Assembly: GCA_951406725.2 (NCBI GenBank)
Contig: OX597814.1
Location: forward strand, 22,568,001 to 22,632,000
Origin: Octopus vulgaris
Taxonomy: Eukaryota
Length of the DNA stretch: 64,000 bases
Direction: 5' to 3'
Positions 54,029 to 64,000 of this stretch are shown in pieces. The notes under the pieces are model-generated. The model made no database searches. It was not told the origin of the DNA and was given only the letters and a program-made list of their open reading frames with translations. The position numbers and the translations under genes are program-made. Position 1 is the first letter of the stretch. Every line of letters starts with the position of its first letter.

Positions 54029-54528
54029 GATTTCTTCTGATTTAGATTTGAAAATACTAAGAATCAAACATACCCGTCCGATATCTGTAACATCGGACAA
54101 ACCATGCCAGACAACCAGTACTAGCGAATCCAAGAATACAAATGAGATCTATTATTCTCCCTGTCCACCCACGTGAGTCATAGAGTAGTACATTCCTACA
54201 GAGGCAAAAACTGTAGTTCAAATTCTTGGAGAGAAAGCATTATATTGTCAGTAAAAAAGGGGTAGAATTAATTAATTGTTAATCAATTCGACCAAGCAGT
54301 ATTCGGTATGTAAAAAGACCATTTACGGTATATTTGAAGTATTAATTTATAAAAATATGGTAAAGTAAAAAAATTCACTTTACCACACACCGAACTTTTC
54401 AGAAATAGCAGCCAAAAATTTGGCTATTTCTTCAACTGCAAATAAAAGTCTCCAGACAATGCATACTCAGAAAATAACTCACATAGGTATAAGGGAAAAA
54501 CAATGAAAGATCACATCCATATAAGATA

Positions 54529-54590
54529 CCCGAGGACAGCCTGTTTCTGGATTCGTGGGTTAAACGCCACTTTTCCTTCATCAGCTCAGA
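54529..54590 (-). ncRNA. Type I hammerhead motif, unit 3
   Basis: Identical to unit 1. Confidence 0.82.
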
Positions 54591-55092
54591 GATTTCTTCT
54601 GATTTAGATTTGAAAATACTAAGAATCAAACATACCCGTCCGATATCTGTAACATCGGACAAACCATGCCAGACAACCAGTACTAGCGAATCCAAGAATA
54701 CAAATGAGATCTATTATTCTCCTTGTCCACCCACGTGAGTCATAGAGTAGTACATTCCTACAGAGGCAAAAACTGTAGTTCAAATTCTTGGAGAGAAAGC
54801 ATTATATTGTCAGTAAAAAAGGGGTAGAATTAATTAATTGTTAATCAATTCGACCAAGCAGTATTCGGTATGTAAAAAGACCATTTACGGTATATTTGAA
54901 GTATTAATTTATAAAAATATGGTAAAGTAAAAAAATTCACTTTACCACACACCGAACTTTTCAGAAATAGCAGCCAAAAATTTGGCTATTTCTTCAACTG
55001 CAAATAAAAGTCTCCAGACAATGCATACTCAGAAAATAACTCACATATAGGTATAAGGGAAAAATAATGAAAGATCACATCCATATAAGATA

Positions 55093-55154
55093 CCCGAGGA
55101 CAGCCTGTTTCTGGATTCGTGGGTAAAACGCCACTTTTCCTTCATCAGCTCAGA
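55093..55154 (-). ncRNA. Type I hammerhead motif, unit 4
   Basis: As unit 1, with one change in the stem II loop. Confidence 0.82.
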
Positions 55155-55746
55155 GATTTCTTCTGATTTAGATTTGAAAATACTAAGAATCAAACATACC
55201 CGTCCGATATCTGTAACATCGGACAAACCATGCCAGACAACCAGTACTAGCATTCCTACAGAGGCAAAAACTGTAGTTCAAATTCTTGGAGAGAAAGCAT
55301 TATATTGTCAGTAAAAAAGGGGTAGAATTAATAAAGTGGCGTTTAACCCACGAAATTTTTGGCTGCTATTTCTGAAAAGTTCGGTGTGTGGTAAAGTGAA
55401 TTTTTTTACTTTACCATATTTTTATAAATTAATACTTCAAATATACCGTAAATGGTCTTTTTACATACCGAATACTGCTTGGTCGAATTGATTAACAATT
55501 AATTAATTCTACCCTTTTTACTGACAATATAATGCTTTCTCTCCAAGAATTTGAACTACAGTTTTTGCCTCTGTAGGAATGTACTACTCTATGACTCACG
55601 TGGGTGGACAGGGAGAATAATAGATCTCATTTGTATTCTTGGATTGCACATCTGCAACGGGAGTTGGACGCAATATACAGGAGTGCTGACGGCAACAACA
55701 TGTATGTTTGATTCTTAGTATTTTCAAATCTAAATCAGAAGAAATC

Positions 55747-55808
55747 TCTGAGCTGATGAAGGAAAAGTGGCGTTTAACCCACGAATCCAGAAACAGGCTG
55801 CCCTCGGG
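55747..55808 (+). ncRNA. Hammerhead motif in the inverted arm, cleavage triplet mutated (GUC to GCC)
   Basis: CTGATGA 55753-55759; C at 55801 replaces the conserved U16.1. Confidence 0.75.
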
Positions 55809-56083
55809 TATCTTATATGGATGTGATCTTTCATTGTTTTTCCCTTATACCTATGTGAGTTATTTTCTGAGTATGCATTGTCTGGAGACTTTTATTTGCA
55901 GTTGAAGAAATAGCCAAATTTTTGGCTGCTATTTCTGAAAAGTTCGGTGTGTGGTAAAGTGAATTTTTTTACTTTACCATATTTTTATAAATTAATACTT
56001 CAAATATACCGTAAATGGTCTTTTTACATACCGAATACTGCTTGGTCGAATTGATTAACAATTAATTAATTCTACCCCTTTTT

Positions 56084-56155
<72 letters not shown>

Positions 56156-56169
56156 GCATATATGTGTCC

Positions 56170-56505
56170 AGGACGTCATCAACGGTGCAAATAACATGAA
56201 AAATGTAAACAACGAGAAAAACGCTTTATGAAAGCAGAAAAGGTAAAAGAGAGTAAGAGAGAGAAAACCACGGCCGTTCTTTTGAATATCCGTGCAGGAA
56301 AAGAAAGATGACGATGGTCACGTGTGACCAACGATACAGAGAGAGAGAGAGAAAAAGAGAAAGAAGGGAGAGACAGACAGACGGATAGAAAACGGAGGGA
56401 GGGGAGAGCAAAAGTGAATTAGAGAAGGATAGAGGAAGAAAATAGTATAGAGTAGGGAGTTGCATCCAAAAGGTGAAGATAAACTTACTTGGAAATGGAT
56501 GCCAA
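56170..56505 (-). mobile_element. Penelope-like 3' terminal fragment, internally deleted
   Basis: QVSLSSPFGCNSLL at its 5' end; homologous to 3100-3700. Confidence 0.55.
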
Positions 56506-56537
56506 ACGTAATGTAAAAATTTAAAAATATATTGATA

Positions 56538-56575
<38 letters not shown>

Positions 56576-57171
56576 TATCAAGAGCTTGGCTTATTAGTTA
56601 CCAGCGGAGCAACAAGTGTAAATTATAAATTTGTGTGAGTGCACAATGTCCTTAATTTTCAGTGATGTTCTTCCACGGTCAACGAGTGGACAACCATCCT
56701 CTTTGTATGTATGTATGTATGTATGTATGTATGTATGTATGTATGTATGTATGTACGTATGTATGTATGTATGTATTATGTATGCATGTATGTATGTACG
56801 TACGTATATATATGTATGTATTTATGCATGTATGCATGTATATATATGAATTCACACACACGCGTGCCCACGCGCACACACGCATATATATATATGGGAG
56901 TTGCCTATAATAAAAATGTCTTCTCATTGGCAAAAATTCATAACGTTGTTTTTATGACATCAGTATAGCTAGTCCACTGATTGTTTTTTAAGCCAACATA
57001 TTTTGAATGCTGTATTATTGTATTCCAAGTCACTCAACTGAAGCTCAAGTAATCTGTTTAAAGCAAGTTTGAATATCTTAATTTATTGATTCTGTTCTCT
57101 TCCTTTATTTTAAAAATACTTTTTTTATAGTATGTTATAGTGTTTAGTATATCAATGCTCATGCAGTTTTC

Positions 57172-57586
57172 GGATCTTTTCTGTTTGAACGGCAGTTTTT
57201 TCTAGCTGTGTCATATGACATTGTCACCCATAATTATGACCCTAGTATCGATCTATAGCATTTCTATCTGTTTTAGGGTTAGGGTTAGTTAGGGTTAGTT
57301 AGGGTGGGGGAAGGGTATCTTTTTTTCTTTAGAAATGTAAATAAACCCAATCTGTTTCTTAAACGAGGGACATATTCATACAGCACAGAATGTTTGTTAT
57401 CTCAATAGACGTCACTGATTGGTTGAAATTGCAGTAATTGAAGAAAAACAAAACAACAAATATCCTACAAACTATAGAATTTTCTCAATAAAGCCAAGAG
57501 AGAAAGACGTTTTATAAACACATTGTACCAGTATACGAAGTTTAAAATTTTTTAGTTACCTAGAAATTATGTTAAAAACTGCCGTT
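57172..57586. mobile_element. Non-autonomous DNA element with inverted repeats and internal TTAGGG-like repeats
   Basis: aacggcagttttt at 57188-57200 and aaaaactgccgtt at 57574-57586; TTAGGG/TTAG repeats at 57273-57304. Confidence 0.6.
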
Positions 57587-58357
57587 AGATAAAGTCGACC
57601 ATGGCATATGTCACAAACTGCGTGATATCAGAATAGTCGGAAAACTTTGAATGTGGTTGCATACTTTCTAAAAGATACGTGTCAGGCAGTGATGGCCAAT
57701 GTAGCCGCCTCCAAGAAAACACAAAAAGCAAGTGGTGTTCTACAGGACAGTCTTAGGGACTAATTTAGATACAGTAAAAGAGAAATGATATAGAACTGTG
57801 ATGGTGCACACATTTGTAAATTATCAATCAGAAAGGTTATCTATAAACGCAGATTATGGATTAAATTAGAAAAGAGAATTTGTAGTTGTTCCAGTGTAAT
57901 ATGGCTTAATTCCGATATAGTGTTAATATTGTCGCAGTGTCGAGGAGGAATTATTTAATTTAAAATTGTTGCTTTTGTTGCTGATGTTCAATCCCAGAGC
58001 AGTCCTGTTCGTGTAAACTTGTAATCGAAGATGTTTCAAAGGCCATCTTTCTTTTTCTTTCCTCGCATAATCTATCGAAGGTTGCATTAATATCTAATAG
58101 GTCGAGCGATAAGCATAAGTAATGAAAAAGATTGGGATTAATAGGCGTATTTAATGCGGATCTTTTAAACAAATAATGTGAGTTTGATAGCGTTAGAAAC
58201 TTCCAGGAGATTATTTCATCAACGTGGTAAATATTGGTCATGAATATCATGATGGAGGGAATAAAAGTCAAGTCAGAATTGATAGTATTAGTGTTGGATA
58301 AGTCAAAGCGTTTATAGGATTAAGGAAGAATTTAGAATTTTTGTCATTTCCGAGATA

Positions 58358-58680
<323 letters not shown>

Positions 58681-58759
58681 ATTATCCGCCTATGGGTTTG
58701 TATATTTATCTATTTACTTCTCTCTCCAATAATAATAACAATAATGATAATGATAATTA

Positions 58760-59060
58760 TTTCTTTTCTAACTTTCGTACAAGGCCGGCGGCTTTTTTAA
58801 GGAGGTGATAACATTACTTGACTTGTATGTTATTTTATACCCAAAAGATAGATGTCAAAGTTGACTTCTGTGGGATTTGAAATTAGAACGACAGGAGCCA
58901 GAAGAAATGTCGCTAAGGCGTTTGTAGATCACGTTAGCGATTATACAGCTCATCGCTTACATGATTACATAGATTCCAGTGCTTCACAGGTGCTTGTTTT
59001 ATCGACCCCGAAACAATGAAAGGCAAACTCCACCTCGGCGGTATTTGAAGTCAGAACTTA
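58760..59060 (-). mobile_element. Two degraded copies of the Meta-like SINE
   Basis: ttttatcgaccccgaaacaatgaaaggcaaa..cctcggcggtatttgaa, and a more decayed copy just upstream. Confidence 0.6.
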
Positions 59061-59107
59061 AAAGTGGAAAGATACGACTAATAATGTTAAAATATCTTAA
59101 TAATAAC

Positions 59108-59166
<59 letters not shown>

Positions 59167-60663
59167 GGCATTCAGAGATGAAGGAAAGGATCAGGAGAGA
59201 ATGCTATCGTAGAGTGAGAGCAATACTCAAGACAGAGCTGAATGCAAGAAACAGGATCGAAGCGATCAATGCATTAGCCATACCAGTCGTGACTTACAGT
59301 TTCAATATCGTTAACTGGTCAATTACTGAAATATGTCAGCTCGACAGAAAAATAAGAAAACTGTTGACAATGCATAGAATGCATCACCCTAAGGCAGATA
59401 CAGAACGACTTTATCTGCCAAGAAAAGAGGGAGGCCGTGGTCTTTTGCAACTGGCAGTAACAATGAAGATTGCTACAATTGGCCTAGACACCTACCTGAA
59501 AAAGTCTGAGGACTGGATGTTAAAACTTGTCTCAAAACATGAAAACAAGAAAGCATCATACTCAGTAACAAATCAGGCAAAGGAATATCTAAGTGAATTC
59601 CGAATACAACCAATTTCGGAATTAGAGATAGACATACAAGAAACAATCACAGAAAAAGCTAGGCGCATGAAAACCCGTGCCCAAACTGCGGCCTTAGATA
59701 TTCTGAATAATAAATGGCAAGAAAAACCTCTCTATGGCAAATACCCAAAGAGAGCGAATAATGCAGATATTGACAAAGCCCTGACCCATCAATGGCTAAT
59801 GGCCTCTGGCTTAAAATCTGAAACAGAGGGGTTTATCATAGCAGCTCAAGATCAATGCCTACCAACAAGAAACTACCAGGCCGACATATTAAAGAACGGC
59901 AGTAGCCCAACATGTCATGTATGCCGACAACAAAATGAAACCATTGATCATGTTGTCTCCAAATGCAGTCTTCTAGCGCCTACAGAGTACCTCAACAGGC
60001 ATGATAGAGCTGCACAATATATTCACTGGGTAATTTGCTAAAACCTGGATTTGCCACATGAAAAAAACTGGTGGGAACACAATCCACCTCCAGTGCTTGA
60101 AAATGACCACATCTCACTCCTCTGGAACTTCACCATTCAAACTGACAGAAAGATAGATGCAAATAGGCCAGACATAATATTGAAAGACTTCAGACAAAGA
60201 ACATGTCTCCTCATTGATATGACTGTCCCAATCGATATAAACGTATCTGTCAAGACCTACCAAAAACTGAGCAAATATAAAGATCTTGAAATAGAAATCA
60301 GCAGAATGTGGAAGCTGAAGACTAAAACAATACTTGTTGTCATAGGTGCCCTGGGAATGATAGCGAAAGGGACTGATTGCTACCTAACTCAGATACCAGG
60401 AAACCCCAAACTGGCAGAAATTCAAAAGATAGTGCTCATAGGAACTGCTCATATCCTACGCAAAATACTCTCTATGTAATCCCAAGGTTTAAAACAAACT
60501 TTTTTTTATGTATTAGACATTCACTAGTACAACACCAAAAAAGCCCCAAATATATGGAACACTAGGCATAACAACAACGTGAACTTCCAACCTGTTGTCT
60601 CTTGAGGTCTCTGGGTGAGACTTGGAGCCATCTTGTACAGACATAAAGCAAAAGTCAAACATA

Positions 60664-60665
<2 letters not shown>
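59167..60665 (+). mobile_element. 5'-truncated R4/Dong-type RLE LINE inserted in (TAA)n
   Basis: ORFs 59178..60041 and 60051..60479 are in one frame, split by a single TAA: RLYLPRKEGGRGL, CHVC..ETIDHVVSKC, RHD, RPDII..LIDMTVP, KYKDL, GALG. Confidence 0.96.
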
Positions 60666-60704
<39 letters not shown>

Positions 60705-60889
60705 GCAACAACAATAACATGAACAACAGCAACAACAACAACAGCAGCAGCAGCAGCAACATCAACAACAACAATAACAACAATAACAATAATAACAATA
60801 ATAATAATAATAATAATAATAGTAATAATAATAGTAATAGTAATAGTAATAGTAAAATTAATAATAATAATAATAATAGTAATAGTATT

Positions 60890-60955
<66 letters not shown>

Positions 60956-60956
<1 letters not shown>

Positions 60957-61509
60957 CCCTGATGCAGTACCAGGCAGTGGCTCTCATGGCTTCTGATCTT
61001 AACTGATTGGAAGTGTTATCATGTACATTGTTTTGTCTTGGTATAAAAGATGGGCTACAGCAAATATTCTGCTCAATACCACAGATTTGCTTGTCAGTTG
61101 TTTGACCTTAACCAGTTGAGCATGTCCCTTAGTGGCTGACGATATGTGCATCTCTGATCACGAGCAGAAGTAGTGGGGGAGCATCATAGCCATGTGTTGA
61201 GAAGGATTCTTTGGGGTTTGAATAATTCACCTCTGGAAACATGGGTGTTTCGTTCAACGTCCTTAAACAACCCTTATTCAGGGACCTTTTGAGCGGAATG
61301 GGTTACTCGATCTGAAGAAAATTCTAACTGGGCTCCACCTGCAAGGTCATGTGCTGTTTATTTTGATATGAGATCACGATGTCGCGCACATATGGTTGTG
61401 ATGCATGTGCCTGGTGTACCCTTATCAGACGGGTAGTCATGATGGGTATACTGGGCTTCGTATATTTTACCCCAGTGTCACTTTGATGGCATGCTCTGCT
61501 CGCTCACTC
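60956..61509 (+). mobile_element. Non-coding (TAA)n-inserted element, copy B, apparently full length (554 bp)
   Basis: Bounded by (TAA)n on both sides; homologous to 39564-40026; its first ~58 nt recur at 61629-61686. Confidence 0.85.
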
Positions 61510-61531
61510 AATAATAATAATAATAATAATA

Positions 61532-61598
<67 letters not shown>

Positions 61599-61686
61599 GG
61601 ATGATGATGATGATGATGATGATGATATGCTCTGATGCCGTACCAGGCAGTGGCTCTTATGGCTTCTTATCTTAACTGATTGGAAG

Positions 61687-61935
61687 GTAAAGTCGACCTC
61701 GGCGGAATTTGAAATCAGAGCGTAGTGACGGGCGAAATACCGCTAAGTATTTCGTCCGGCGTACTAACGATTCTACCAGCTCGCCGCATTCATAATAATA
61801 ATAATAATTGTAAAAGCCCTGAAAATTTGGTGGAGGAGACTAGACGATTACATCGATCCCAGTGTTTCATTGGCACTTTATTTATCGACCCAGAAAGGAT
61901 GAAAGGCAAAGACGACCTCGGTAGAATTTGAGCGA
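61687..61935 (-). mobile_element. Two fragments of the Meta-like SINE
   Basis: Head at 61687-61787 and core at ~61815-61935 match 30480-30710. Confidence 0.8.
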
Positions 61936-61941
61936 CGGGCG

Positions 61942-62007
<66 letters not shown>

Positions 62008-64000
62008 GGAGACACCGGGGACGTTTAAGAGGAGACACCGGGGACGTTTAAGATGTAAGAAGGAAAATACAGAGCTCCGAAATCTATCCACAAACATCGA
62101 AAACAAGGACACCCTATGGAGCCAAAGATTTACTAACAAAGAATTGGACTATATCCGAGTAAGTAATACTAATTGAAATTTATTACTATTTTCGAAACGA
62201 AATGATGTATTTTGACTCGATATTATCTCCACCTCTAACACAACACATGTAAACATGCGTGGAACAACACGATCATCCCCGACCTCAAACACCATGTACA
62301 AAGGAACTACGAAGAAATTAAATGCCACCGATACTATTCAACCCAAGAATAACAATCGAGCGGTACGTACATTAAACCTACAACAAAAAATGTACGAAAA
62401 ACTACACGTGCGAAATAATTTGGCAACAGAAATAAACGGACCGGTACCCTACGAAAATGACGACCGTCAAAATAATGGGCCGGACATTGTACCTCATGTC
62501 CCGCAATTAAAACCCAAAAGACGTAAATGGACACGTGAGGAATACATTTCTATCTTACACGCATACTTCACAGCAATGCTCTACCCACAAAATGAAAATA
62601 CAACAACACATACATATAAAATATGGAAGGAAAATAATAGAGATATAGACTTGGATACAGCAATGAACACTAATAAATTAGCTAACGTACGAAGATACAT
62701 TCTCAAAGCCCAAAAAATATCAGAATTAGAAATAGAACATTTAAAAGAAAAAAATACACCAGGAAAATGTAGATAGAAGCCACACAACAATGCCCAATAA
62801 TATAAACACTGAAACTGTAAAACACGAAGACAAACGCAACATTCCCAACAAACACGATGTAAACAACGAAGGGGAGCCTAATGATTATGATAATATAAAA
62901 AATAAAATAATCAAAGAACTGAAAACCACAGAGCTCAAAATGGACCACCGACCATACCTCCCAAGAACAAAAATAAACGCAATAACAACACCAATTATAA
63001 ACAACATAAACCTAGCCGTCACTGAACTAGCCACTGAAACAAAAAAAAGTGATATCACTGAACTAAATGACTTGATATACGCAGCAGCCACTACAGCCAC
63101 AAAAGAAGCTGGATACTCACCCAAACCCGCCCAAACAGGAGTACCACCACCCAAACAAACCCTGTGGATAAATAACATCCAAAACAAAATAAAAAAAATT
63201 AGAAAAGACCTGTCGATTCTTAATGAAATCAGCAAACAAGCAACGCTACTGAGCAACAAAAAGAGAACAAAAATGCTCCGCAAATATAACATCACAGAAA
63301 AAGATTTGCCGGAGATAAAAGAAAAGCTGAAGCAAGATATCCTTGCCAAAGCTCAAAGGTTCCGCCGGTACGAGAAACGCCAACGCTTCTTTGAACAGAA
63401 CAAAAAGTTCAACTCCGACCCCAAAAAGTTCTACCAAGAACTGGGCAAAAATAACATAGAAGTCACTGCAGCACCAACGGCAGAAGAATTGGAAGAATTC
63501 TGGAGAGAAATATGGTCGGCGAACGAACAGCCAAAAAAAAGGAGTATGAAAATAACAAACTCGGCATCTGAACAACTTTGGACTCCCATAACAACTGAAG
63601 AGGTCACCCAGGCACTGCAAAAACTAAGCAACTGGAAGGCACCTAGGCATGACAAGATCCCCAACTTCTGGTTGAAATATCTAACAGGAATGCACAAAAA
63701 GCTGGCTGAAAACTTTAACAGCATACTAGCAGAGCCAGAGACAATGCCTGAATGGCTCACGAAGGGGAAAACCATCTTAATTCCCAAATCAAATGAAGCA
63801 ACAAAACCAGAAAACTACAGACCAATAACCTGCCTCCCTACTATGTTCAAGGCATTTACTGCAGTGATATCGCAAAGGCTGAACAAGCACCTGGACGGAA
63901 ACAAACTGTTCCCAGAAGAGCAGAAAGGATGCCGCAAGGGCTCATATGGCTGTGAAGATCAACTAATGATTAATAAAGCCGTAACTGAAGACAGCCACAG
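62008..64000 (+). mobile_element. 5' part of a long R4/Dong-type LINE (frameshifted), runs off the window
   Basis: Follows (TAA)n. N-terminal KRRKWTREEY (Myb-like start), then RFRRYEKRQRFFEQNKKF, NWKAPRHDKIPNFWLK, PEWLTKGKTILIPK, NYRPITCLPT, EEQKGCRKGSYGCEDQLMIN (RT N-terminal motifs). Confidence 0.95.

Larger units (their letters stand above)
53237..56086. mobile_element. 562-bp HHR-containing tandem array with inverted arm (retrozyme-like, probably PLE-derived)
   Basis: Near-identical units at a 562-bp period from 53237 to ~55332; opposite orientation from 55333 to 56086; flanked by (TA)n. Confidence 0.9.

Noticed and set aside
53237-56086. CRISPR-like interpretation of the array
   Set aside because: Units are 562 bp and nearly identical, with no short repeat-spacer pattern and no cas genes; eukaryotic context.
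57273-57304. True telomere or chromosome-fusion relic
   Set aside because: Only four interrupted units, inside an apparent mobile element.
62008-62254. HDV-like ribozyme in the Dong 5' UTR or the rider 5' end
   Set aside because: Plausible for RLE elements, but I could not build the nested pseudoknot by eye; needs a motif search.

Overview
AT-rich, microsatellite-dense eukaryotic (animal) DNA. The repeat repertoire suggests a mollusc, probably an octopus or other cephalopod; this is an inference from family resemblance, not a database result. No intact host gene is visible, apart from one candidate signal-peptide first exon at 43283-43328 (-). Almost all ORF-track entries are microsatellite artefacts or transposon remnants. 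The window holds: (i) R4/Dong-type restriction-like-endonuclease (RLE) LINEs and a ~550-bp non-coding rider element, inserted sense-wise into (TAA)n tracts; (ii) many Penelope-like element (PLE) termini and foldbacks that carry type I hammerhead ribozyme (HHR) motifs; (iii) tRNA-derived SINEs with target-site duplications (TSDs), CR1 fragments, mariner/Tc1 remnants and Helitrons. The most striking structure is a 562-bp tandem array with an inverted arm at 53237-56086. Every unit contains a hammerhead motif (retrozyme-like). A diverged relative at 49.5-50.0 kb shows compensatory stem changes, and one position of the unit holds alternative ~55-nt cassettes, one of which translates to a CR1 reverse-transcriptase (RT) peptide. 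Folds were worked out by eye and boundaries are approximate.
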